Positions 1-8,026 of a stretch of 54,595 nucleotides of DNA are shown here, piece by piece. A program made the translations under genes and the position numbers. The notes under the pieces are model-generated. The model searched no databases, was not told the origin of the DNA, and worked only from the letters and a program-made list of their open reading frames with translations. Source of the stretch: a virus (lineage: Duplodnaviria > Caudoviricetes); IMG/VR virus record IMGVR_UViG_3300045996_000773, positions 1 through 54,595 of that record. The stretch is one strand, 5' to 3'. Each line of letters opens with the position of its first letter. Within the stretch, counting starts at the first letter, position 1.

Positions 1-142
1 CCTGGTCCCGCTGATCCTGGTCCCGCTGATCCTGGTCCCGCTGATCCTGGTCCCGCTGATCCTGGTCCCGCTGATCCTGGTCCCGCTGATCCTGGTCCCG
101 CTGATCCTGGTCCCGCTGATCCTGGTCCCGCTGATCCTGGTC
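1..142. repeat. Tandem repeat, 15-bp unit CCTGGTCCCGCTGAT, 9 full copies plus a partial
   Basis: Read directly; identical unit at 54496-54595, so true copy number is unresolved. Confidence 0.98.
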
Positions 143-193
143 AGTATATAGCGTGCTATTCGACGCCGTATAAAAACAAAGATTAGAGCGAAT

Positions 194-221
194 AAAAACC
201 CGGTATTGAAATACCAGGTTT
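194..221 (-). terminator. Intrinsic terminator of the leftward early operon
   Basis: Minus strand AACCTGGTAT-TTCA-ATACCGGGTT followed by T-run, just after the stop at 242. Confidence 0.7.
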
Positions 222-241
222 GACCTAAACAATCTAAAAAT

Positions 242-1207
242 CTATATCTTCATTGTGTCCATAGCTTTCATACATTTATTGCACATATCGACATTATATT
301 CAGGGACGTAAGTCACGACGTCGGCAAGTTCACGGCAGCAATCACAATATTCAATCGGGACCGTCTTTATCTTGTCAGGAATGCCGTCCCAATCTCCCCA
401 ATTATCCCAACGGTCCAAATATTTATTGCCGCCTAAACTTGTCACGGACTTATAAACAGGCTTATCATAGTTGCAAACATAGGCCCGACCGTTTAACGTG
501 GTAATAATTTCAAATACAAAGTTCAAACATTTTAGAACGTCTGGGACGTTTACAAATTCATAAACTGAATGAGGGTTATAATATCCACAACTGATATTTG
601 CCATAGAACATTCAATGCTACATTGTTTAAGGGCCATGACATCAGTCATTAACCCAGATTCAAATTTATACCCGTATTTATTCAGGATGAATTTAACGTC
701 CCGTTGAAAATCTTTGTCAGATAATCTTACACCACCCGCTTTTGTAATAAAATCTTTGTTTCCCTTCCGATCACATTGAAGTACAAAACCACAATCCGAG
801 AAAAAATCGTCGTCAGGTTCATAACTTCCTTCACAACCAACTTCCTCGTCCCGAAAAAACGCAGCTTTAATATTTTCAAACTTTTCCAAACATTGAAGGG
901 CAATAAAAATACCCACTTTATCGTCGCCCCCGATACCAGTTTGAGACATGGTTACACTGTTAAAACCCGTTAGGTTATCGCCTATCTGAATAACTGTTAA
1001 GTCTTCGCAAATTTCGTGAACAGTGTCTAAATGAGAAACAATACAAGGGAATGAACTTGCATTCCCTTTTGTTACATATATGCAGCCATTATAGACGTAA
1101 TATTCACAGTCAATCTTTTTTAACTGTCTTATCACATAAGCGAACATTCTGAATTGATTATAAGATTCAGATTGAATTGATAATATGTCTGTTAATTTGT
1201 TTAGCAT
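242..1207 (-). CDS. M28/M20-like zinc metallopeptidase with C-terminal CxxC...CxxC motif
   Basis: Metal-ligand pattern SHLDTV, GGDDKVG, DEEVG, QCDRKG, GYYNPH typical of the clan MH fold; C-terminal CDCC...CNKC. Confidence 0.75.
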   Translation of the reverse strand: MLNKLTDILSIQSESYNQFRMFAYVIRQLKKIDCEYYVYNGCIYVTKGNASSFPCIVSHLDTVHEICEDLTVIQIGDNLTGFNSVTMSQTGIGGDDKVGIFIALQCLEKFENIKAAFFRDEEVGCEGSYEPDDDFFSDCGFVLQCDRKGNKDFITKAGGVRLSDKDFQRDVKFILNKYGYKFESGLMTDVMALKQCSIECSMANISCGYYNPHSVYEFVNVPDVLKCLNFVFEIITTLNGRAYVCNYDKPVYKSVTSLGGNKYLDRWDNWGDWDGIPDKIKTVPIEYCDCCRELADVVTYVPEYNVDMCNKCMKAMDTMKI

Positions 1208-1218
1208 GTTAAATGTTT

Positions 1219-2520
1219 TTAGATTGTTACGCCTGCAGATTCCAGGTAATATTTCCCGTTAATTTCGACAACTTTATCACTGTCTTTATGGTACCACTTA
1301 TCGCCAATTTCAACTGCTTCACTTCTTAATACGTCCTCTCCATCGTCTTCGCAATAAACGCAATCATCCGATAAATAATAACAGCCATCACGTTCACAAT
1401 ATGTACAGTCTTCAGTTAAATAGTACTCATCATCTATGCAGCAAATATCGTCGTCGTCTTTTCTGTAATATTCGCCGTTAACACAAACAATATTATTGTC
1501 GTCTTCGTGGTACCAATCGTCGCCAATGTTAACCGCATTATTAACGTGACACGTTTGGTCCCGGTAGCGTCTTTCCCCTGCAGTAATAGTGCATGCATCC
1601 TCTTCGTCGATATATTCACCGTTTATGTCATCATATACCTGGCCCTCATTCTCGTCTTCGTCGCCGTCCCGGGTGCCCCCTGTAGAATTGTAAGTATATT
1701 TTCCTGAGTGATTATTTAGGGACCCGTCCTCGCCATAACAAAACGTGTCTATATAAGGATAGCTGTCAAAATCAGTTTCAGTATAAACAGTAAATTTTTC
1801 GCACATCATTTCACCAGCCGGATTAATGAAACACATTTTATCATTGTAGCCTTTATAATCTCGTTTGCGCCAAAGGTTATTTTCGACAGCGTATTGCAAA
1901 AATTTATCAAATAAAAAATCCTGAGTAACATAAATACGGTCCATTAATGTTATGTTATCTCTTAAACTCCAAACAAGGGACCGACCGCAAAGAAGACCTT
2001 CTTTATTTGTCAGGATAAGTATTTTTAAAGATTCACAATTGGTATAAATATCCATGTAATTACCTTGTCCGTTCATACAACTACCTGACAAACTACCTTC
2101 GCCAATGCCTATTTTCATTTCATCATAAACGAAAGGAATTTTTTCGGCTGGTAACAATTCAAATTTGTAGCCTGCATCATTAAAAGTCGCCTTATATTGA
2201 TTCGTGAAACATTCAAAATCAGCGTCTTTAAAATACTTCCAAACTCGAGGATGAAATAATTTTTTCATAACCTTTGCAGGTTTTCCGTTTTGTCTTCCGT
2301 CCCGCTTCCATGTCCCGTCGTCGTTTACAATATGGTCCTTGCCTGCAGGTAAATAACTGATTGTCCCGTCGTTTCTGAATGTCAGGAAATTAATTTCAGA
2401 ATCAGTTACCATTAATGAATGGTAATTTTTGCGGGCTAATCTGCAAAGTATTTTCGCAATAATGCAGTCCGAAGACTGCAAAAATTGTGAAAAGGAACGG
2501 GTGAAAATTAAGTTAGTCAT
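1219..2520 (-). CDS. Uncharacterised phage protein with SCM / GRSLVW / MDRIY / YPYIDTF motifs and acidic Cys/Tyr-rich C-terminal repeats
   Basis: 433-aa ORF, co-oriented with and 11 bp from the peptidase; function unassigned. Confidence 0.8.
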   Translation of the reverse strand: MTNLIFTRSFSQFLQSSDCIIAKILCRLARKNYHSLMVTDSEINFLTFRNDGTISYLPAGKDHIVNDDGTWKRDGRQNGKPAKVMKKLFHPRVWKYFKDADFECFTNQYKATFNDAGYKFELLPAEKIPFVYDEMKIGIGEGSLSGSCMNGQGNYMDIYTNCESLKILILTNKEGLLCGRSLVWSLRDNITLMDRIYVTQDFLFDKFLQYAVENNLWRKRDYKGYNDKMCFINPAGEMMCEKFTVYTETDFDSYPYIDTFCYGEDGSLNNHSGKYTYNSTGGTRDGDEDENEGQVYDDINGEYIDEEDACTITAGERRYRDQTCHVNNAVNIGDDWYHEDDNNIVCVNGEYYRKDDDDICCIDDEYYLTEDCTYCERDGCYYLSDDCVYCEDDGEDVLRSEAVEIGDKWYHKDSDKVVEINGKYYLESAGVTI

Positions 2521-2571
2521 GTTTAGGTTTTTTAGCGTTAAAATAATGTGGTTTACATTAGAATAATTAGT

Positions 2572-2760
2572 TTAGAAACAAACAGTTATAAAGGTTATCA
2601 CTGTTGATAAAAGAACTGCCAATTTAAAAAGGGCAATTTCTTGTGTTTCAATTTGCTTAGTGATTGTGTTGTTCACATTCACTTTTTTTGCAGTGAATGA
2701 AGGGATTATTACACCTTTGTAATTTTTCATTTCACCGCGGTAAACTTTTAGAGTTGTCAT
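2572..2760 (-). CDS. Small protein with C-terminal hydrophobic segment
   Basis: 62 aa; first gene after the 2830-2915 promoter; ends LAVLLSTVITFITVCF. Confidence 0.55.
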   Translation of the reverse strand: MTTLKVYRGEMKNYKGVIIPSFTAKKVNVNNTITKQIETQEIALFKLAVLLSTVITFITVCF

Positions 2761-2829
2761 AACTTTAATTTTTAATAATGAGTTGAAAACCAGGCATTTA
2801 ATCGGGTACCTGTTCCCGTTTGTTTGTTT

Positions 2830-2915
2830 TGAAATACAAATATAGAACTATTCAGGACCCATTCAAACTTTTATAGAACTATTTTAGAAATATGTTTGCA
2901 ACAATATTTGCAACA
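2830..2915 (-). promoter_or_regulatory. Leftward early promoter (-33 TTTG, -7 TATATTTG) with GTTCTA boxes and TGCAACA direct repeats
   Basis: Matches the Bacteroidota primary-sigma consensus; alignable with 39502-39589. Confidence 0.75.
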
Positions 2916-2965
2916 TATTAACAGTGTTTCATGTATCTTTAATGTAGAAAACATAATAAACATTT

Positions 2966-3229
2966 ATGGCAAGGGATGGCTCAATTTCAGGAGGTCGCAA
3001 AAAAGGATCATTAAATAAGAAGACGATTGATTCGCTTAATAGGGCCGAAAGTATCTTACAACTAATTGAAAGTGAATACCTTGTCGAAGATATAAAAAAA
3101 CTTACTTCGTCTCAAAGGTCCGCACTTTACAAGGACCTGCTACAATACCGGGCGCCAATGCTGACAAGGATTGATCAGCGGATTCAGGCAAATGTAAATT
3201 TGTCGGATGAACCAATTACGTTTGAATAA
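2966..3229 (+). CDS. terS: Putative terminase small subunit
   Basis: Directly upstream of terL; N-terminal GGRKKGSLNKKT motif common in small terminases. Confidence 0.65.
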   Translation: MARDGSISGGRKKGSLNKKTIDSLNRAESILQLIESEYLVEDIKKLTSSQRSALYKDLLQYRAPMLTRIDQRIQANVNLSDEPITFE

Positions 3230-3367
3230 TGATTTTCCCACTGAGGGCCAAATAACAGCCCGTTTAACACTTCCTTAACAAGTAATCAAATAATTGAATT
3301 TCTTAATAATTCGATAATCAGTTAGTTATCTTTCTACTTAACATAATGCTAATTATCAGTACTTTTT

Positions 3368-3450
3368 TAGAACAAAGTTCTACCTGATAATTTGGCCGGT
3401 CCCGAAGTTTCCGACCTTCCGACCGGCCAAGTTGGACCCCCATATGGGGG
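3368..3450. other. Cluster of inverted repeats between terS and terL, candidate packaging site
   Basis: TAGAAC-AAA-GTTCTA (3368-3382); TTGGCCGGTC...GACCGGCCAA (3392-3430); CCCCATATGGGG followed by a G-run. Confidence 0.4.
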
Positions 3451-3555
3451 GGGCACCTGGTCAACGAGGGCCTTCCCCTACGTCCCGCTAACTTTATAAC
3501 TTATGAACTACGAAGTATTTCGTATATAGCCACATCGGCGATAATTACGTTGTAA

Positions 3556-3575
3556 TTAAAATAATTATACCTTTG
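3556..3575 (+). promoter_or_regulatory. Putative terL promoter (-7 TACCTTTG) with adjacent TTAAAATAATT box
   Basis: TAnnTTTG 8 bp before the ATG at 3584. Confidence 0.55.
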
Positions 3576-3583
3576 CATCTTCT

Positions 3584-4936
3584 ATGGGGATCCAGGTGAA
3601 AACCGCTACATCACCCTTAACAGGTGAAAAACCTTTCCAGATTTTATATGATCTTCCGAAAGGTACGAATGTTGTCGTATGTATAGGCGGTCGCGGTGGG
3701 ATGAAAACTTATGAAGTATCAAAGTTTATCGCGTTCTCTTCCACAGTCAGGAAAAAGCGTTGTGTTGTTCTGCGGGATGAAAAAGAATTGATCCGTGAAT
3801 CGATCCTGAATGAAGTTCTATTAAGGTTCGATACCGCTAATACCGGCGGCAGATTGTCCGCAGAGTTCGACCGGCTCGATACCGGGATCAAGCACAGGCA
3901 GTCAAACGAAATGCTCGTCTTCACTAAGGGCTTCAGAGCCTCCCAGGTGGATAAGAAAGCAAACCTGAAGTCCATATCCAACGTGGATATAGCCGTTATC
4001 GAAGAGGCGGAGGACATTAGAGACGTTGATAAGTTCAACACTTTTGCTGATAGTATCAGAAAGGAGGACTCCCTTGTTATAATCATCCTCAACACTCCCG
4101 ACGTTAACCACTGGATCATAAAAAGGTACTTTAACCTGGTGCAAGTAGAGGACGGCTTTTACGAAATTGTGCCGAAAGACTTACCCGGCTTCGTATGCAT
4201 TAAGACAGGATTTGAAGACAACCCTTTCCTGCCGGAGCATATCGTTAAGCAGTACCGGGCCTACGGCGATCCGACAAGCCATCTGTTCAATCCGTTCTAT
4301 TACAGGACTGCGATCAAAGGACTTGCCAGCACAGGGCGGAAGGGCCAGGTGTTTACGAAGGTTAAGCCGATCAAGCTTGTCGATTATCTGGCCTTGCCGT
4401 TTAAGGAGTATTACGGCCTGGACTTCGGTACGGCCTCGCCTGCAGGGATTGTAGGGGTGAAGGTTGATAAGAATGCAGTGTACGCCCGCCAGCTGAATTA
4501 TAAACCAATGGTGACGCTGGAAATAGCCAAGTTCTTCTGCACCCTGGGGCTTAACCTGACGGATCTTATTGTCGCCGATAGCGCGGATCCGAAGAGCATA
4601 GCCAAGCTAAAGAAAGGATATACAGCTGACGACCTTTCCATTGATGAGTTTGTGAAGTACCCGGCTCTTGCCCGCGGGTTCCATATTGTACCAGCAAAGA
4701 AGGGTGCCGACTCGGTAGAATATTCGATAGGCGTGCTTGACAGCATGGAGTTTTACGTGGTGGAGGAAAGTGTTGACTTTTGGAACGAAGTCTTCTGCTA
4801 CATCTACGCCCAGGATAAGAACGGTAACTATACCAACGACCCGATCGATGAGTTTAATCACCTGATCGATCCAACCCGGTACGTCGTGATGCACGTCAGA
4901 CCGCACAACCGACCAGCACAGGCTTATGATGCTTAG
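3584..4936 (+). CDS. terL: Terminase large subunit (PBSX-like family)
   Basis: Walker A GGRGGMKT, Walker B IAVIEEAE, nuclease motifs GLDFG and NHLIDPTRY. Confidence 0.95.
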   Translation: MGIQVKTATSPLTGEKPFQILYDLPKGTNVVVCIGGRGGMKTYEVSKFIAFSSTVRKKRCVVLRDEKELIRESILNEVLLRFDTANTGGRLSAEFDRLDTGIKHRQSNEMLVFTKGFRASQVDKKANLKSISNVDIAVIEEAEDIRDVDKFNTFADSIRKEDSLVIIILNTPDVNHWIIKRYFNLVQVEDGFYEIVPKDLPGFVCIKTGFEDNPFLPEHIVKQYRAYGDPTSHLFNPFYYRTAIKGLASTGRKGQVFTKVKPIKLVDYLALPFKEYYGLDFGTASPAGIVGVKVDKNAVYARQLNYKPMVTLEIAKFFCTLGLNLTDLIVADSADPKSIAKLKKGYTADDLSIDEFVKYPALARGFHIVPAKKGADSVEYSIGVLDSMEFYVVEESVDFWNEVFCYIYAQDKNGNYTNDPIDEFNHLIDPTRYVVMHVRPHNRPAQAYDA

Positions 4937-5002
4937 CACGTTCACCAACTACAAAACCTTTACTTCGCTCTTACTGGTGAAGAATTGCCGATTCAGTTAT
5001 GA
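4937..5002 (+). pseudogene. Gene relic (or read-through extension) encoding HVHQLQNLYFALTGEELPIQL
   Basis: In frame right after the terL TAG. The HQLQNLYFALTGEEL peptide is recalled as the C-terminus of a common Bacteroidota phage protein family (not searched). Confidence 0.55.
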
Positions 5003-5223
5003 AATATCTGATCGAGTTCAGTGGTTGTATAACTTTCTGCATAGGGGCCGAAGCTAATATTTATATCCCGGCGAAGTTTATTAGCGTTGCGCTCGTTTAA
5101 CCAAAACATTCTACGGGCGTTGAAAGGGGCGACACTGTTTTGCAGATCGGCCCCGAGTTGGTACAAAAGCGTTTGCCTTTGTAGTCTTTTGAAAGCGTCG
5201 TGAAGATGTTCAGGAACTTCCAT
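4993..5223 (-). CDS. Small antisense moron-like gene
   Basis: 76-aa ORF filling the terL-portal gap; TACATTTG -7 box at 5228-5235, 4 bp before the ATG. Confidence 0.6.
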   Translation of the reverse strand: MEVPEHLHDAFKRLQRQTLLYQLGADLQNSVAPFNARRMFWLNERNANKLRRDINISFGPYAESYTTTELDQIFHN

Positions 5224-5347
5224 AGCTCAAATGTAAGCGTAAAAATAAAGTTAATAATAATTTTTTTAATTGTTTCACAATTATTTTAATATCTTTACCA
5301 GGGAAGGTGTACTCACACCCGCATAATTATTTTAATAATTCAGTCCA

Positions 5348-7054
5348 ATGATCCTACAATTTGATGAGATTGAAAAGATCATCAAAGAAAATCCAGGGGC
5401 AAAACGTATTCAACAGGGGAGAGATTACCTGAAGAACATGCGCCGCCATATCTACGGCGAGTCGCTGGAAAATTATTTGAAGAGTAACAAGAACCTAGAG
5501 ATCTACGAGACTGAATCCAAACGCGAGGCCAGAGCTAAATACACTAAATCCAATAAAGATTTATTTTCACGCCTGTCAAGACCGATCGATAAAGTTTTCA
5601 CCGCTAAAGGCGGATCGGTTTACTACAACTTAGGCGAAACCCAACAGAAAAAAGCAGTACAGTTATCCCAAAACGTGGCAGGTAACTTGTCAGTACGTAA
5701 GTGGGTTGAAACATTCTGGAAACCACACATGTTAGACGATCCATTCGGGGTTGTTTTTCTTGAAATACTGCCCGATAAAGAAGCAATACTGGCGAAGCGC
5801 GAAGGTCGTTCTTTCGTCTACCCTACATATAAACCGATCTCATCTATTTACGACTACCGAACTACCGGAAACAAACTTGAATGGGTCGTTTTTACGCTTA
5901 CACCGGAGGAAAGGCAGGAGGCGGGAATAAAAGACGACGTGCAGGCTTATCGGCTCGTTGATGATGCTAACGACTACTACGTTGTAAGGGAAGGGGAAGA
6001 AATTAAGATACTTGACTTCTTTACACTGGATAACTTTTTCGGTCAGGTCCCAGGCATTGTGAATAGCGACCTGCCGGATCCATCGAACGAAGAGCTTTAT
6101 GTGTCGTTTTTCCACGATGTACTGGAACTGGCGGAGCAGTTTTTGCTGAAAGGTTCTATAAAAGTTACGCACGACTTCCTGCATGGTTTTCCAAAATATT
6201 CCGAGTTTGCTTCCAGCTGTTCTACCTGTAAAGGTACAGGAGTGTACCAGGGCGTAGCGTGCAGCACTTGTAATGGCTCGGGCAAGAGTTGGATCACTGA
6301 CATAAGCAAAGTGAAGCTTCTCTCAATGCCGAGTTCAAAAGAGGATGCCATCGTCCTTCCGCAGCAGATAGGAGCATACATATCGCCGGACAAAACATTC
6401 TACGAAATATCCACTGATGACCTGCACTTGCTTGAAGACCTGATGACTTTTACCCTTTGGGGTACGCAGGTCAAGTCCAAGACTTCGGGCATGTCGATCC
6501 AGCAGGAGACACGTAAGACAGCCACTGAGGTAGTAGACGAGATCAAACCCGAGGCGGACCGGCTCTTCGTTATATCTGAAATGGCAGAGAAGCGGCACAA
6601 GTTCATCCTGGACATGATCATCCGGGTTCAGGTATCACCGACCTATAAAGGCTCATCCGTTAATTACGGACGCCGGTACTTACTTGAATCGCCTGATGTG
6701 CTTTGGCAAAAGTACAGCCAGGCAAGGCAGCAGGGATCGCCGCTTGTTGTGCTTGATACGTTACTGAACGAATACTACGACGCGAATTTTCAAAGCGATC
6801 CAATTGAGTTAGAGATATCCAAGAAACTGATGTACGTTGAACCGCTTGTTCATTATACAGCTATGGACCTTACAACCATGATGATCGATGACGCGGACTA
6901 CAAGGCCAAGCTGTTCTTTTCCGAATGGCTTTCCCAGACTGAAGATGCAGAGCTGGTCCTTAACGACATACCCACCTTACGCAAATCCCTGTATGATTAC
7001 ACCGCAACAAAGAAACTTAAAGAACCGGAGAAACCGGAATTAAAAGCAGCATGA
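5348..7054 (+). CDS. Portal protein with inserted CxxCxGxG zinc finger
   Basis: 568 aa, follows terL; KTATEV and coiled-coil region typical of portals; CSTCKGTG...CSTCNGSG insertion. Confidence 0.85.
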   Translation: MILQFDEIEKIIKENPGAKRIQQGRDYLKNMRRHIYGESLENYLKSNKNLEIYETESKREARAKYTKSNKDLFSRLSRPIDKVFTAKGGSVYYNLGETQQKKAVQLSQNVAGNLSVRKWVETFWKPHMLDDPFGVVFLEILPDKEAILAKREGRSFVYPTYKPISSIYDYRTTGNKLEWVVFTLTPEERQEAGIKDDVQAYRLVDDANDYYVVREGEEIKILDFFTLDNFFGQVPGIVNSDLPDPSNEELYVSFFHDVLELAEQFLLKGSIKVTHDFLHGFPKYSEFASSCSTCKGTGVYQGVACSTCNGSGKSWITDISKVKLLSMPSSKEDAIVLPQQIGAYISPDKTFYEISTDDLHLLEDLMTFTLWGTQVKSKTSGMSIQQETRKTATEVVDEIKPEADRLFVISEMAEKRHKFILDMIIRVQVSPTYKGSSVNYGRRYLLESPDVLWQKYSQARQQGSPLVVLDTLLNEYYDANFQSDPIELEISKKLMYVEPLVHYTAMDLTTMMIDDADYKAKLFFSEWLSQTEDAELVLNDIPTLRKSLYDYTATKKLKEPEKPELKAA

Positions 7055-7081
7055 TTATTTAACCTAAAACTATAAAAACAC

Positions 7082-7423
7082 ATGGCAAAGCCAAAACAAG
7101 CACCAACTAACGAACCTGATCAGGATTTTGAAATACCTGGTGAATTGATCGACGATATCCGGACCGACGAAAAGGTGAAAATGATGACTGAAGACTTTGC
7201 GAGAAACGTCGGTACTTATGCGCCTGCACCCGCGAAGTCCAAAAAACCATATCACGAAGAATGGACATGCCAGATCAGACAAACTGATAAAGGTCCGGTG
7301 TTTGAAAAGCTTAAGAAATTGAGGGAGAATATCACCATGACCGAAGAGCAAGCCGCGGTCCTTAACACAGGTCTGCTTCACGGTCCTAACAACTTTGGAA
7401 GTATGTATTTTCTGCAGGACTAA
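7082..7423 (+). CDS. Hypothetical protein
   Basis: 113 aa, tiles the head operon. Confidence 0.7.
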   Translation: MAKPKQAPTNEPDQDFEIPGELIDDIRTDEKVKMMTEDFARNVGTYAPAPAKSKKPYHEEWTCQIRQTDKGPVFEKLKKLRENITMTEEQAAVLNTGLLHGPNNFGSMYFLQD

Positions 7424-7437
7424 AAAACCAAAACAAT

Positions 7438-7737
7438 ATGAACCCATTTTTAGAAATACCGATCGTTCTGGTAAATAACGAGAACGAATCGAAGACCACA
7501 ATGGCGAGAATTAAACCGGGCGAAATCGAATACTACTATCCTGGTTTTAACGAAGGAACGATAGTGGTAATGGCGTCAGGCCATAGCATCATGTCCATGC
7601 TGACGTTTGCACAAATGGATGACGCGATCACTTCCTGGGTGAACTTCCTGAAAAAGAATCCTAACGCCGGTTTTGGTAATCTGGCGGTCAAAGCCAAAGA
7701 GCCTGAACAATCTAAACTAATATCTTTAAAACCGTAA
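7438..7737 (+). CDS. Hypothetical protein
   Basis: 99 aa, tiles the head operon. Confidence 0.7.
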   Translation: MNPFLEIPIVLVNNENESKTTMARIKPGEIEYYYPGFNEGTIVVMASGHSIMSMLTFAQMDDAITSWVNFLKKNPNAGFGNLAVKAKEPEQSKLISLKP

Positions 7738-7740
7738 ACT

Positions 7741-8010
7741 ATGCTGCCTGTTGATTTTCCCGAAAGGAACTTTACATACACCAAACCGAAGGGCTGGACT
7801 GACGAGCAGTGTTCGGACCTGCAGGTATGGCGCGGTACTTCACCCCTGGAAGGTGGAGGCATGACAGCTACCATTATATCTTGCTGGCAACCGTCCAAAG
7901 AAGATATTGAGGCTATTAATGCGGGCAAACCAATCTTCTTAAAGATCCTGTCGGCTGAACAGCCGCCGGTTGAGGTAACGACTGAAAACCCATTCATCCA
8001 CCAAGATTAA
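7741..8010 (+). CDS. Conserved phage hypothetical protein
   Basis: 89 aa; ISCWQPSKEDIEAINAGKPIFL...QPPV pattern recalled from many phage proteins. Confidence 0.7.
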   Translation: MLPVDFPERNFTYTKPKGWTDEQCSDLQVWRGTSPLEGGGMTATIISCWQPSKEDIEAINAGKPIFLKILSAEQPPVEVTTENPFIHQD

Positions 8011-8026
8011 AAAAAAATCTTAACCC

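Noticed and set aside
1-142. Terminal repeats as true direct terminal repeats or a coding repeat
   Set aside because: Both ends stop inside the same simple repeat, as expected of an assembly break; several frames are open but no plausible start codon leads into it.
2943-2952. TGTAGAAACA upstream of terS, complementary to the hairpin apex TGTTTCTACA
   Set aside because: Single 10-bp match whose partner is mostly sequestered in a stem; could be chance.
143-2960. GATC depletion as a specific anti-restriction signature of the early region
   Set aside because: Real by hand count (about 1 site), but much of the fibre gene is also GATC-poor, so it may just reflect mosaic origin.
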